64,000 nucleotides of DNA from an uncultured delta proteobacterium (GCA_963782055.1 CAWAIF010000003.1:1344001-1408000); one strand, 5' to 3'. Positions 29,742 through 40,262 are shown, counted from the stretch's first letter. Numbers and translations: made by a program. The notes: a model not told the origin generated them from the letters alone.

Positions 29742-31691
29742 ATGTTGTTCGAGATCTTCGACCCCAAGGCCGCGCCCAAGCCGGTCGGCATCGACCTGGG
29801 CACCACCAACTCGGTGGTGGCCTGCGTGCGCAACGAGAAGCCGCAGCCCATCGCCGACTGCAACGGGGAGATCCTGGTACCCAGCGTGGTCTCGTACGCG
29901 GAGGAGACGCCCGTCGTCGGCACGCGCGCGCAGGGCCTGGCGCTGGAGCACCCCCGCGAGACGATCGTCAGCGTGAAGCGCTTCATGGGGCGCGGCGCGG
30001 ACGATCCGGAGACGCGACGGCTCGGCCCCTACGAGTTCGCCGACGCCGCGCCGGGCGGGCCCAACGTGGTGCGCTTCAAGGTGAAGGGCCACGAGCTCAC
30101 GCCCGTCGAGGTGAGCGCCGACATCCTGCGCGAGCTCAAGCAGCGCGCGGAGGACGAGCTCGGGCGCATCGGCGGCGCGGTCATCACGGTGCCGGCGTAC
30201 TTCGACGACGCGCAGCGGCAGGCCACCAAGGACGCCGCGCGCCTCGCCGGCCTGGAGGTGCTGCGCCTGCTCAACGAGCCCACCGCGGCGGCGCTCGCCT
30301 ACGGCCTGCAGACGAAGCAAAACGGCCACTTCGTCGTCTACGATCTGGGCGGCGGCACCTTCGACGTCACCGTGCTCCTGCTGGAGGACGGCGTCTTCCA
30401 GGTGAAGTCCACCGGCGGCGACAGCGCCCTCGGCGGCGACGACATGGACCGCGCGATCGCCAATGAGGTGCTGGAGCAGCTCGGGTGGCTCTCGGCGGAC
30501 AAGGCCAAGGCGCACGCCCTCACGCGGCACCCGAAGCTCACCCCCGGCGTGGTGCGCCTGGTGCTGGACAAGGCGCGCGCGATGAAGCACCTGCTCACGA
30601 CCAAGGACGCGGTCTCCGGCGAGGTGCCGCTCCCCGACGGGGGATCGCGCGTCGCGCGATTGACGCGCCTGCGCTTCGACGAGCTGGTGCTCCCCCTGCT
30701 CGAGCGCACGGGCGCGGCGTGCAAGCGCGCCCTGCGCGACGCCGGCTTCAAGCCCGGCGATCTGGACGGCGTCATCCTGGTGGGCGGCGCGACGCGCGTG
30801 CCCGCGGTGCGCGCGTACGTGAAGAAGCTCTTCGGCAAGGACCCGCTGGCCGACATCGATCCGGACCAGGTGGTGGCGCTGGGCGCCGCGGTGCAGGCGG
30901 ACCTGCTGGCGGGGCAGGGGAACCCCGAGGACGTGCTCCTGCTCGACGTCATCCCGCTCTCGCTGGGCATCGAGGTGGGCGGCGGCGTGGTGGACAAGAT
31001 CCTCCCGCGCAACACCACCATCCCGACGGCCGCGCGCTCCACCTACACCACGCAGCAGGACAGGCAGACGGGCTTCGAGATCCACGTGCTGCAGGGCGAG
31101 CGGGAGATGGCCTCCGACTGCCGCAGCCTGGCGCGCTTCACCCTCAAGGGGATCCCGCCCATGCCTGCGGGCCTGGCGCGGCTGGAGGTGACCTTCCGCG
31201 TCGACGCCGACGGCCTGCTCTCCGTCCACGCCAAGGAGACGACCACCGGCGTGGAGCAGACGGTGCACGTGACGCCGAGCTACGGCCTGGACGACGCGAC
31301 GGTGGAGAAGATGCTCCTCGACGCGCTGGACCACGGCGAGGACGATCTGCGGGCGCGGCGGCTCGCGGAGGGTCGCGTGGAGGCGGGGCGCATCCTGCTG
31401 GCGACGGGCAAGGCGCTGGAGGCGGATCCGGATCTGCTCCAGCCCGGGGAGCGCGAGCGCGTCGCGGCGGCGATGAAGGCGCTGGAGCAGGCGTGCGCGG
31501 GAGACGACCCGCGCAAGGTCACCGCGCGCATCGACGAGCTGGACATGGCGACGAAGGAGTTCGCGGGGCGGCGGATGAACCGGGCGATCGCCCGCGCCAT
31601 CGAGGGCAAGAAGGTGGACCAGCTGGACGAGGAAGTGGCGCACGCGAAGGGCATCGAGCGCGCCCACGAGCAACCGGATCTCGGGAGCTGA
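29742..31691 (+). CDS. hscA: Hsp70 chaperone HscA
   Basis: [48 protein letters not shown]; isc operon context. Confidence 0.95.
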   Translation: MLFEIFDPKAAPKPVGIDLGTTNSVVACVRNEKPQPIADCNGEILVPSVVSYAEETPVVGTRAQGLALEHPRETIVSVKRFMGRGADDPETRRLGPYEFADAAPGGPNVVRFKVKGHELTPVEVSADILRELKQRAEDELGRIGGAVITVPAYFDDAQRQATKDAARLAGLEVLRLLNEPTAAALAYGLQTKQNGHFVVYDLGGGTFDVTVLLLEDGVFQVKSTGGDSALGGDDMDRAIANEVLEQLGWLSADKAKAHALTRHPKLTPGVVRLVLDKARAMKHLLTTKDAVSGEVPLPDGGSRVARLTRLRFDELVLPLLERTGAACKRALRDAGFKPGDLDGVILVGGATRVPAVRAYVKKLFGKDPLADIDPDQVVALGAAVQADLLAGQGNPEDVLLLDVIPLSLGIEVGGGVVDKILPRNTTIPTAARSTYTTQQDRQTGFEIHVLQGEREMASDCRSLARFTLKGIPPMPAGLARLEVTFRVDADGLLSVHAKETTTGVEQTVHVTPSYGLDDATVEKMLLDALDHGEDDLRARRLAEGRVEAGRILLATGKALEADPDLLQPGERERVAAAMKALEQACAGDDPRKVTARIDELDMATKEFAGRRMNRAIARAIEGKKVDQLDEEVAHAKGIERAHEQPDLGS

Positions 31692-31692
31692 C

Positions 31693-32043
31693 ATGCCGAA
31701 GGTGATCTTCCGCGGGTACGCCGAGGTGGAGGTGCCGGTGGGGACGTCCATCCTGCAGGCGGCGCAGAAGGTGGAGGCGCCGGAGGGCTACGCGTGTGGA
31801 GGCGTGTGCGCCTGCTCCACGTGCCACGTCTACGTGCACGAGGGCCAGGAGCTCCTGAGCGAGGCGGAGGACGAGGAGCTGGACATCCTGGACAAGGCCT
31901 TCGACGTGCGCGCCAGCTCGCGCCTGGGGTGTCAGTCGAAGATCGAGGCGGACGGGGTCGTGGAGGTGGAGATCACCCGCGAGAGCCTGGAGGCCTACGA
32001 GAACGAGCACCCCGAGGCGCGGGGCAAGTACACGAAGCGCTGA
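31693..32043 (+). CDS. fdx: ISC [2Fe-2S] ferredoxin
   Basis: ACGGVCACSTCHVYV...SRLGCQ. Confidence 0.95.
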   Translation: MPKVIFRGYAEVEVPVGTSILQAAQKVEAPEGYACGGVCACSTCHVYVHEGQELLSEAEDEELDILDKAFDVRASSRLGCQSKIEADGVVEVEITRESLEAYENEHPEARGKYTKR

Positions 32044-32114
32044 CGCCGCCGGCGCCCTCCGGGCGGCGGGGCACCTTGACGCGCAGCGGCGGAAGAGCTG
32101 TATTCACTCCTGGG

Positions 32115-33482
32115 ATGAGGGCTCGATCCGTCTTTCTTGTCGCCGCGCTCGGCGCGGGCTCGCTGGGGCTCGCCTCGCCGGCGCTCGCCGGCGCGCCCAG
32201 CGTGGCGAGCATGTGCTCGCCGGTGAACGTCACGTGCGAGCGGGCGACGCTCGCCGCCAGCAAGTCGGACAAGGCGCCGTACGACTTCGACTGGGACACG
32301 GGGTGGGTGCCCGCCAACTCCCCCATCCAGGTGCGCTTCGCGCTGAAGGTGCACAACCGCACCCAGGTGAACCTGGGCGGCACCCTGGACTCCACCTGGC
32401 CGGACCCCATCACCCTGACGCCGAAGGGGACGATGCAGACGGGCCTCATCGCCATCGACGACGGCCTGGAGGTCGTGGCGCAGGGCAAGTTCACGGTCAC
32501 CGTCCTGGGCAAGACCTACTCCTGGACCGGCAACCTGCCCGGCCTGCCGAACGTCGAGCTGCTGGCGAAGGGCTCGGAGAAGTTCGACCCGTGGGCGTAC
32601 AAGGAGGCGGGCAATCCGCCGACGGTGAGCGCCGACTCGCCGACGACGAAGCTCGCGCAGGTCGACCTCACCAAGATCATCGTGAACATCCCCGGCATCT
32701 CCGGCGGCTTCGAGCTGGACGGCTCGGCGACATATTCGGCCTGGTACGACACGCTGCGCCTCGCCTTCGACGAGGTGAACGGCGTCTCCCCCATCCCGGA
32801 GGTGGACTACGTCGACCCGTCCACGCGCCTGCTCATCACCCACGCGCCGTCCTTCGACACCAGCGTCTTCATCCACGGCGAGGTCACGCACCAGGTGACG
32901 GTGCACCTCATCCCCGCCTTCTACTTCAGCATCCTGGGCAAGGACTTCACCCTGCCGCTGGCCAACCTGCCGGTGGCGCTCCCGGCGTCCGCGCCGCAGC
33001 CGTGGGACTTCGACCCGCTGCCGGTGCACGTGCCGCTGCCGGAGATCCAGGTGAAGCAGCCGGAGGTGGACCTGGGCGACATCCCGGTCAACGTGGCGAC
33101 CTCCACGCTGCTGCCGGTCGACGACATCGGGGAGGAGCAGCTGGTGGTGGACGCCTCGACGCAGGCGCCCGTGGCCTTCATCGACACGACGCACTTCACC
33201 GTGGCGCCCGCGCAGACCGGGTCGGTCAAGGTGGCCATCACGCCGGCGGCGGCGGGCCCGATCGACGCGCTCATCGTCGTGGCGACCAACGATCCGCTGC
33301 AGCCGGAGACCGGGATCCACATCAAGGCAAACGCGGTGGCCGGGATGGGCACCCCCATCAACGAGGAAGGCGGCTGCGGCTGCCACGCGGCGGGCGAGGC
33401 GCCCGGTGGCACGGGAGCGGGCCTGTTCGGCCTGGCGCTCGGCCTCGCCCTCGTCATCCGCCGCCGGCTCCCCCCCTCCTGA
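32115..33482 (+). CDS. Secreted protein with MYXO-CTERM sorting signal
   Basis: Signal peptide; C-terminus GGCGCHAAG...LFGLALGLALVIRRR. Confidence 0.85.
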   Translation: MRARSVFLVAALGAGSLGLASPALAGAPSVASMCSPVNVTCERATLAASKSDKAPYDFDWDTGWVPANSPIQVRFALKVHNRTQVNLGGTLDSTWPDPITLTPKGTMQTGLIAIDDGLEVVAQGKFTVTVLGKTYSWTGNLPGLPNVELLAKGSEKFDPWAYKEAGNPPTVSADSPTTKLAQVDLTKIIVNIPGISGGFELDGSATYSAWYDTLRLAFDEVNGVSPIPEVDYVDPSTRLLITHAPSFDTSVFIHGEVTHQVTVHLIPAFYFSILGKDFTLPLANLPVALPASAPQPWDFDPLPVHVPLPEIQVKQPEVDLGDIPVNVATSTLLPVDDIGEEQLVVDASTQAPVAFIDTTHFTVAPAQTGSVKVAITPAAAGPIDALIVVATNDPLQPETGIHIKANAVAGMGTPINEEGGCGCHAAGEAPGGTGAGLFGLALGLALVIRRRLPPS

Positions 33483-33617
33483 CCTTTCCGGAGCAGCCGC
33501 GGCAGCTCGCGCCCCCTGTCCCCCCTGTCCCCCTCTCCCGTCCCCGGACACCAAACGTCGGATTGCAAGGACCCTCGCGCTTCGACGTTTCCGCGGAGTT
33601 CTGCGAGGAGGGGGGGG

Positions 33618-33633
33618 TGGCATGGGGGGTGCT
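33618..33633 (+). promoter_or_regulatory. Putative sigma54 promoter of MarR-like gene, copy 2
   Basis: TGGCATGGGGGGTGCT, identical to 1867-1882. Confidence 0.6.
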
Positions 33634-33645
33634 TGGGGTGGGGGG

Positions 33646-34242
33646 ATGGACCCTGTGTTCTTCACCATCAAGCGGGCCTATTACGCGACGCTCAAGCTGA
33701 CACGGCGGGCGCTGGGGGCGATGGGGCTCACGGCGGCGCGCTTCGACCTGCTGGACGCGCTCTACAAGCTCGGGAATCGCACCATTCACCTTCAGAGTCA
33801 GCTCCGGCGCGGGCTGGGCGTTGCACGCTCGACCATCAGCGAGATGATGCGGTCACTCGAGCGGCTGGGCCTGGTCACGCGGCGGCGGGATGGACGCGAC
33901 TGCATCGTCGCGCTCACGGCCGAGGGGCGTCGCCGCGTACGCCGCGCTCACTACGGGCTGGTGCTCGTCGGGCATGTCGGCTTCGCGCTGGACGGCGCGC
34001 TCGCGCCGGGGGAGCGCCGCTGGCCCGGCGCCCGCGCCTGCAGGCGCGCTCGCAGGCACCTGGAGGCGCTCTGCATGCGCATTCGACGCGGCTTCGGCGA
34101 CGAGGCGACGCTGGACAGGCTCACCGAGTACGGGTTCTGGGTGCTGCGAGCCAACGACCGCGCGCGCCGCGCGCAGGCTCGCTCCCAGCAGCGCGAGCGT
34201 CAGCTCGACGAGGCGTACGCGCTCATGGCGCCACCAAGCTGA
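33646..34242 (+). CDS. MarR-family winged-helix protein (copy 2)
   Basis: MDPVFFTIKRAYYATLKLTRR...; collinear paralog of 1895-2491. Confidence 0.85.
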   Translation: MDPVFFTIKRAYYATLKLTRRALGAMGLTAARFDLLDALYKLGNRTIHLQSQLRRGLGVARSTISEMMRSLERLGLVTRRRDGRDCIVALTAEGRRRVRRAHYGLVLVGHVGFALDGALAPGERRWPGARACRRARRHLEALCMRIRRGFGDEATLDRLTEYGFWVLRANDRARRAQARSQQRERQLDEAYALMAPPS

Positions 34243-34294
34243 GCGACGCGGGCCCGACTGGCGCGTACGAGACGGATATGTCTCGATAGTCAGT

Positions 34295-34915
34295 ATGAAC
34301 TGCTTGCTTGCTCGGTGTCGTGAGGGCCTGCCGCCACCCTGGATCCCCACCGCGTTGCTCGCGTTGGCGCGTCTCCTCGCCGGCCTGCTGCTCGTCGCAT
34401 CTCTCGCCGGTTGCACGACCAGCGTCACGCGCGTGACCACGGTCGCTCCTCGCGGTGCGGCCGACTACGAGCCGCGCGGCCGGGTCATCGCCGTCAACGG
34501 CGCTCCAGTCGACAACGGCATCGTCTCCCGCGAAGGCCGCACCTACGTCCTGCAGACGTCGAACGCGCGTGCCGTCCTCCGCGACACCGACAGGGTCACT
34601 GTCCAGCTCGTGTACGGCGACGGTGACGAGGTGCCGGGCGAGGGCGTCGTGCACGTGTCGGCGCATCCCGCCCTGATCCTGGGCGGCACGCTCGTGATGG
34701 GTGCAGGAGTCGGCCTGCTGGCGCTGGGCGCGGTCGTCTGGAAGGACGGCCCCTTCGGACCCCTCGCGGCGCTCTCCCCGCTGCTGATCGGTGGCTGCGC
34801 CGTCGCCGGCGGCCTCGCCATGCTCGTGGTGGGCTATGTGGTCAACGCGCACATCGTCAGGTCGCCCACAGCCTTCGTCCCGGACGACATGTCCTCCGTC
34901 GCCATCCACTTCTGA
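34295..34915 (+). CDS. Hypothetical membrane (lipo)protein; start uncertain
   Basis: LLLVASLAGC lipobox, two C-terminal TM segments. Confidence 0.65.
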   Translation: MNCLLARCREGLPPPWIPTALLALARLLAGLLLVASLAGCTTSVTRVTTVAPRGAADYEPRGRVIAVNGAPVDNGIVSREGRTYVLQTSNARAVLRDTDRVTVQLVYGDGDEVPGEGVVHVSAHPALILGGTLVMGAGVGLLALGAVVWKDGPFGPLAALSPLLIGGCAVAGGLAMLVVGYVVNAHIVRSPTAFVPDDMSSVAIHF

Positions 34916-35001
34916 CGCGTCTTGCGCCCTCGCGCCCGCGCCCGCCGCCCCGCGCGCGCCCGCCCGGCCGGAGGATCCACGCGGATCGGCGGTGGCACGC
35001 T

Positions 35002-35266
35002 TCACCCGGCCGCACGACGTGTGCCGGACGAAGGAAGATCACCGTGCGTGATCGCGGCGTGGAGTACGACGGGGTCCAGATCCGCTCCGTTCGGCCACAC
35101 CACCGTCCCCAGCTCCGGGTCTACCCGCACGCGCGCGAAGTACGCCGGATCGCGCAGCGGTTCGAAGACGCCCTCGAACGCGAGCCCCGACGCATCGTAG
35201 ATGCCGCGGGAGCCGTCGTCGAACTCGAGGCTCCAGCGCGACGACGGCGATCACATCCGGCACCAT
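35002..35266 (-). pseudogene. Frameshifted DUF2442-like antitoxin
   Basis: MVPDVIAVVALE shifts frame near 35230 into LEFDDGSRGIYD...GVFEPLRDPAYFARVRVDPELGTVVWPNGADLDP. Confidence 0.75.
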
Positions 35267-35270
35267 CGCA

Positions 35271-35474
35271 TCACTCCAGCGGCCCGATGGGCTCGAGCGG
35301 CTGCAAGGCACGGGCTCGATCCCAGTCGGCGGCGAGCTCGCCGCGATGCGACGAGGCCCATTCGAGGACGAGCCCGAGCGCGCGGGACGGCAGCGCTCCG
35401 GCGAGCACGGTGAAGGTGTCGATCGCGATGATCGCCCTGTGGTCACCGTAGCGCGCGTGGAGATGGGCGCGCAC
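35271..35474 (-). pseudogene. 5'-truncated DUF4160-like toxin
   Basis: HLHARYG...LAGALPSRALGLVLEWA..H..EL..DW...PLEPI.PL; the usual N-terminus is missing and it abuts the glyA stop. Confidence 0.75.
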
Positions 35475-35480
35475 CCCCGC

Positions 35481-36761
35481 TCAGACCCGCAGCCCCGGTG
35501 CGGGATACTTCCCGCACAGCTCCTTCACCTCGCCGGCCACCTTCGCGACGACAGCCTCGTCCGCCGGCGCCGCCACGACCCGGTCGATCCACTCCGCCAG
35601 CTTGACCATCACGTCCTTGCCCATGCCGCGCGTCGTGACGGCGGGCGTCCCGAGGCGCAGGCCGGACGGGTCGAACGGCTTGCGCGGATCGAAGGGGATG
35701 CTGTTGTAGTTGAGCACCACCCCCGCGCGGTCCAGCGCCTGCGCCGCCACCTTGCCGGGCACGCCCTTGCTCGTCAGGTCCAGCAGCAAGAGGTGGTTGT
35801 CGGTCCCGCCGGTGATGAGGCTGAAGCCGCGCCCCGCCAGCGCCTCCCCCAGCGCCCTGGCGTTCTCCACCACCTTCTTTGCATACTGCACGAAGTCCGG
35901 GCGCGCGGCCTCGCCCGCGGCGACCGCGATGGCGGCCGTCGTGTGGTTGTGCGGCCCGCCCTGCAGCCCGGGGAAGACGGCGCGGTCGATCGCCGACGCG
36001 TGCTCCTTCTTGCACAGGATCATCCCGCCGCGCGGGCCGCGGAAGGTCTTGTGCGTCGTCGACGTCACCACGTCGGCGATGCCGACCGGCGAGGGGTGCG
36101 CCCCGCCGACCACCAGCCCGGAGATGTGCGCGATGTCCGCGGCGAGGATCGCCCCCACCTCGTCGGCGATCTCCCGGAACGCCGCGAAGTCCAGCGTGCG
36201 CGGGTACGCCGTCGTCCCGCACCAGATGAGCTTCGGCTTGTGCTCGCGCGCCAGCGCCCGCACCTCGTCCAGGTCGATGCGGTGGTCCGACCGCTTCACG
36301 CCGTAGGGCACGCTCTTGAAGAACTTGCCGGTGATGGAGACGCTGTGCCCGTGCGTCAGGTGGCCGCCCGCGGGCAGCCCCAGGCCCATGATCGTCTCCC
36401 CCGGCTTCACGAAGGCCAGGTACACCGCGAGGTTCGCCGGGCTGCCGGAGTAGGGCTGCACGTTGACGTGCAGATCCTCCTCGCCGGAGCCGACGGCGCG
36501 CGTCTTCGCGAAGAGCGACTTCACCCGCGCGATGGCGAGCTCCTCCACCTCGTCGATGACCGCCTGCCCCTCGTAGTAGCGCTTGTGGGCGTAGCCCTCC
36601 GAGTACTTGTTGGTGAGGCAGGAGCCGGTCGCCTCCATCACCGCGCGCGAGGCGTAATTCTCGCTGGCGATGAGGCGCAGCGAGTCGTGCTCGCGGCGGT
36701 TCTCCTCTGCGATGAGCTTGGCGACGGCGGGATCGGATTCCTGGAGCGACGGCTCGGACAT
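35481..36761 (-). CDS. glyA: Serine hydroxymethyltransferase
   Basis: LIASENY, NKYSEGY, NVQPYSGSPAN, GGHLTHG, TSTTHKTFRGPRGG, SGLRLGTPAVTTRG. Confidence 0.98.
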   Translation of the reverse strand: MSEPSLQESDPAVAKLIAEENRREHDSLRLIASENYASRAVMEATGSCLTNKYSEGYAHKRYYEGQAVIDEVEELAIARVKSLFAKTRAVGSGEEDLHVNVQPYSGSPANLAVYLAFVKPGETIMGLGLPAGGHLTHGHSVSITGKFFKSVPYGVKRSDHRIDLDEVRALAREHKPKLIWCGTTAYPRTLDFAAFREIADEVGAILAADIAHISGLVVGGAHPSPVGIADVVTSTTHKTFRGPRGGMILCKKEHASAIDRAVFPGLQGGPHNHTTAAIAVAAGEAARPDFVQYAKKVVENARALGEALAGRGFSLITGGTDNHLLLLDLTSKGVPGKVAAQALDRAGVVLNYNSIPFDPRKPFDPSGLRLGTPAVTTRGMGKDVMVKLAEWIDRVVAAPADEAVVAKVAGEVKELCGKYPAPGLRV

Positions 36762-36813
36762 GCGCGGGAGCTTACACCAGGAAGGGCGCCTCGCCCGGTG
36801 GTAGAATACGCGT

Positions 36814-37050
36814 GTGCAACAGGACGCAGAGCGGCGCCGCAGGGCGGAAGCACGACGGGGACAGGCGGTCCTGCGCAGGAGCACGCTCCACGAGCCGGCG
36901 CAGGATCTCTCGCCCGTCCGCGGCGAGGCGGCGCTGTCGCTCGTCACGCGGCTCACCGCGGAGAGCTACGCGGAGGCCGGGCTGGAGGTCCCGCGCTACG
37001 CGCGCGTCGAGACCCCGTACCGGTTCGTGCCGCGCGAGCGCCGCCGGTGA
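36814..37050 (+). CDS. Small hypothetical protein, putative partner of the downstream nucleotidyltransferase
   Basis: 78 aa; GTGA overlap with the next gene. Confidence 0.65.
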   Translation: MQQDAERRRRAEARRGQAVLRRSTLHEPAQDLSPVRGEAALSLVTRLTAESYAEAGLEVPRYARVETPYRFVPRERRR

Positions 37051-37517
37051 TCGATCTCCCCGCCGACTTCCGCGACCTGCTGATCGAGCTGGCTGACGCC
37101 GGCGCGGACTTCGTCGTCCTGGGCGGACACGCGGTCGCCTTCCACGGTCACCCTCGCGCGACGAAGGATCTGGACGTCCTGGTGAGGCCGACCCCGGAGA
37201 ACGCCGCGCGCGTCTACGGCGCGCTCGCGGCGTTCGGCGCGCCGCTGGCGAGCTTCGAGGTGGGCGCCGAGGACTTCACGACATACGACGGCGTGCTGCA
37301 GATTGGCCTGCCGCCCCGGCGGATCGACATCCTCAATCGCGCTGACGGCATCACCTTCGACCAGGCGATCGCCCACGCCGGGTCGTTCACCGTGGAGGGT
37401 CGGAAGATCCCGGTGATCGGTCGAGACGCCCTGCTGCAGAACAAGCGGGCGGCCGGCCGCACGCAGGATCTCGCGGACGTCGAGGCACTGGAGCGCGTCT
37501 CCCGCGAGGGAGGCTGA
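37047..37517 (+). CDS. Minimal nucleotidyltransferase-fold protein (DUF6036-like)
   Basis: FVVLGGHAVAFHGHPRATKDLDVLV...RIDIL...NKRAAGRTQDLADVEAL. Confidence 0.82.
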   Translation: MIDLPADFRDLLIELADAGADFVVLGGHAVAFHGHPRATKDLDVLVRPTPENAARVYGALAAFGAPLASFEVGAEDFTTYDGVLQIGLPPRRIDILNRADGITFDQAIAHAGSFTVEGRKIPVIGRDALLQNKRAAGRTQDLADVEALERVSREGG

Positions 37518-37520
37518 GCC

Positions 37521-38774
37521 TCACCGGGTCTTCGGCGGCGCGTGCCCCGCGGGCTTCTTCCCCGCCGGCTTCTTCGCGTCCTTGGCGCCCTTCGCGTCCT
37601 TCGCCTCGGCCGGCTTCGGGGGCTTCTTCGGGTCGGTCACGTCCAGCGTCACGGCGACGGTGCCCTTGTCGCTGTCGAGCTGCGTCTCCGGGACCACCTG
37701 CATGTCGTCGCGGCCCTTGTCGTGGTGCAGCTTCTGGATCCTGGCGATGTCCTCCATCACCTTCTTGCGGGAGAAGACCTCCTTCGGCTTGCCGGTGAGG
37801 AGCTTCTGGTAGGCGGCCTTCCCCGCGAGCAGATCGCCCTTCACGCCGTAGTGGCTCACCTTGAAGATGGGGCCCTCCTTGACGTCGAAGACGATGGACT
37901 CCTTGTCCCCGCTGCGCTCCACCTTCTGGTGCACCTCCGAGACGAGCATCCCGCGGTCGTACATGAGCGCCTGGATCTGCACCGTCGCGCGGTCCAGGCG
38001 ATCCTGGTCGATGACCATGCCGGGCGCGTTGACCTTGCCGCCTTCGGTGTCGACCAGGGCGCGTAGGTCGTCCTCCTTCAGGTTGGTGAGGCCTGTGAAG
38101 GCGACCTTGTCGATGGTCACGCGCGGCCCCTCCTTCAGGGAGGCGCACACGTCCATCTCCCCTGGCGCGCCCTCGACCGAGCCCATGTCGAGCGTCGCGT
38201 CCAGGTAGCCCTTCGACCGCAGGTCGGACAGCAGGGCGGCCTTGCCGGAGACGAGGTCGATCGGGTTGTAGGGCCGGCCGGCGGCGACATGCAGCGCCTT
38301 GCCCAGGTCGGCGTCGTTCATGCCGGCGTCGCCGTGGACCACCACCTCGCCGAGCTGCGGCCGCGGGTGCAGCACGAACTGCAGCGCCAGCCCCTGCGGC
38401 GTGCTGTGCGCGGCGAGCTGCACGTCGTCCACGCCGCCCAGGGCGTACAGGCGGCGGATCGTCTGCTGCGCCTTGTGCAGGTCGAAGGTGTCGCCGGGCT
38501 TGAGGCCCACCACCGACTTCGCCTTCTCCGGGGAGCTGGCGCCTGTCACCGCGACGCTCGCCACCACGCCGGCGGGGATGGCGGTGTCGGCGTGCGCGGC
38601 GAAGGTGGCGGGCGCCGCGAGATCGTGCTTCTCACAGGCGGCGGCGCGGCGCTCCTGGGGCGAGGCGGCGGGGCGCAGCAGCAGCGGCGGCCCGGAGGAG
38701 GTGGTGGCGGGCTTCGGCTCGGGACCGCAGGCGAACAGGACGCCGAGCGCGAGCGCCGCGGCGACGCGCTTCAC
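37521..38774 (-). CDS. POTRA-repeat lipoprotein without a beta-barrel
   Basis: Lipobox LFAC; repeated POTRA-like units (KGYLDA, LKEGPRVTIDKVAFTG, VKEGPIFKV); Lys/Pro tail. Confidence 0.8.
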   Translation of the reverse strand: MKRVAAALALGVLFACGPEPKPATTSSGPPLLLRPAASPQERRAAACEKHDLAAPATFAAHADTAIPAGVVASVAVTGASSPEKAKSVVGLKPGDTFDLHKAQQTIRRLYALGGVDDVQLAAHSTPQGLALQFVLHPRPQLGEVVVHGDAGMNDADLGKALHVAAGRPYNPIDLVSGKAALLSDLRSKGYLDATLDMGSVEGAPGEMDVCASLKEGPRVTIDKVAFTGLTNLKEDDLRALVDTEGGKVNAPGMVIDQDRLDRATVQIQALMYDRGMLVSEVHQKVERSGDKESIVFDVKEGPIFKVSHYGVKGDLLAGKAAYQKLLTGKPKEVFSRKKVMEDIARIQKLHHDKGRDDMQVVPETQLDSDKGTVAVTLDVTDPKKPPKPAEAKDAKGAKDAKKPAGKKPAGHAPPKTR

Positions 38775-39421
38775 ATCCCCTCCAGTCGGATCTCGACGTA
38801 CGTCGAGCCGCGCAGCTTGGTGAGCATGTCGGTGCGGACCTTGTCGGCGCGCTCGTTGGCGATCTGGTTCATCAAGAGCGGGCGCGCCTCGTCGAAGGAC
38901 TTCATCTTCGAGGGGTCCTTGGAGTGCTTCTTGATGTCCTCATAGCGCTGGCGCAGCTCACCCTCGCCGATCTGCAGGGAGGTCTGCGCCTTGAGGATGA
39001 TGAGCTTGCCCTCCACGAACTGGTGGCGCACCTCCGCGCGGAAGTCCGCCTCCGTCATGCCCTGGCCCTTCGCCGCGGAGAGCACCTTCTGCACGGTCAC
39101 CCCGTTCTGCTGGGCGAGGCGCTCGATGCCGGCGGTCACCTCGGCGTCGGTCACCTCGATGTGGAGGCGGGCGGCCTCGTCGTCCTCCAGGGTCTCGTCC
39201 ACCAGGCGCTCGCAGATCTCGTGCATCAGCGCGGCCTCCGCCTTGGGACGATCCGCCGCGGGCTGCGCGGCGACGGCCTTCAGGAAGGGGTGCGCGTGGA
39301 CGCGGACCTCGCTCTCGAGGATGACGTGATCGCCGACGACGGCGGCGATGCGATCGAAGGGCTGCGCCGACGAGACGTCGGCGAGCGCCAGGCCGGAGAG
39401 TAGTATGGGCAGGGCAAACAC
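38771..39421 (-). CDS. SurA N-terminal-domain chaperone
   Basis: DRIAAVVGDHVILESEV...LVDETL...IEVTDAEV..GIERLAQQNG; no parvulin domain evident. Confidence 0.82.
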   Translation of the reverse strand: MFALPILLSGLALADVSSAQPFDRIAAVVGDHVILESEVRVHAHPFLKAVAAQPAADRPKAEAALMHEICERLVDETLEDDEAARLHIEVTDAEVTAGIERLAQQNGVTVQKVLSAAKGQGMTEADFRAEVRHQFVEGKLIILKAQTSLQIGEGELRQRYEDIKKHSKDPSKMKSFDEARPLLMNQIANERADKVRTDMLTKLRGSTYVEIRLEGM

Positions 39422-39481
39422 GCGCGCAGCCTAGTGCGCGGCGAGAGGTCGGACCACAACAAATTCGGTGAAGGAAGTGCC

Positions 39482-40195
39482 ATGCGATACGAGCTCTACT
39501 ACTGGCCGGGCATCCCGGGGCGCGGCGAGTTCATCCGGCTGGCGCTGGAAGAGGCGGGGGCGGACTGGGTGGACGTGGTGCGCGAGAAGGGCATGCCGGC
39601 GATGTTCCGGATGATGGACGGGGCGCGCGTCAAGCACCCGTCCTTCGCGCCGCCCTTCCTGCGCGCCGGCAAGCTCGTCGTCGGGCAGACGGCGAACGTC
39701 CTCTTCTACCTCGGCGGAAAGCTCGGGCTCGCGCCCGCCGGCGAGGAGGGGCGCCTGTGGACGCACCAGCTCCAGCTCACCCTGGTCGACTTCGTGGACG
39801 AGGTGCACGACACGCACCACCCGGTCGCGCTCAACCTGGTCTACGAGGAGCAGAAGAAGGAGGCGAAGCGGCGGGCGGAGCAGTTCCGCAAGGCGCGGGC
39901 GCCCAAGTTTCTCGGCTGGTTCGAGCGCGTCCTCGGGAGCCACGGCCGGCGCGGGAACTACCTGCTCGGGGCGCGCATGACCTACGCGGACCTCTCCCTG
40001 TTCCAGATGGTGGAGGGTCTTCGCTACGCCTTCCCGCGCGCGATGAAGCGGCTGGAGAAGAAGCACCCGCGCGTGGTCGCGGTGCACGATCGCGTCGCCG
40101 CGCGCCCGCGCGTCCGGGCGTATCTCGCGTCGGAGATGCGCATGCCGTTCAACGAGCAGGGGATCTTCCGGAGGTATCCGGAACTGGATGGGTGA
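39482..40195 (+). CDS. Glutathione S-transferase
   Basis: YELYYWPGIPGRGEFIRLALE, FAPPFL, QTANVL, TYADLSLFQ. Confidence 0.92.
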   Translation: MRYELYYWPGIPGRGEFIRLALEEAGADWVDVVREKGMPAMFRMMDGARVKHPSFAPPFLRAGKLVVGQTANVLFYLGGKLGLAPAGEEGRLWTHQLQLTLVDFVDEVHDTHHPVALNLVYEEQKKEAKRRAEQFRKARAPKFLGWFERVLGSHGRRGNYLLGARMTYADLSLFQMVEGLRYAFPRAMKRLEKKHPRVVAVHDRVAARPRVRAYLASEMRMPFNEQGIFRRYPELDG

Positions 40196-40262
40196 GCGGG
40201 AGCTCGCTTCGCTCGCTCGGGCGGGGAGGATGGTCTGGGCGCTGGTGGCGGGGTGTGGACGG
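40191..40262 (-). repeat. Partial, inverted solo copy of the terminal repeat of the DUF559 element
   Basis: Reverse complement reads GTCCACACCCCGCCACCAGCGCCCAGACCATCCTCCCCGCCCGAGCGAGCGAAGCGAGC, matching the copies at 52521, 55931 and 59468. Confidence 0.85.
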
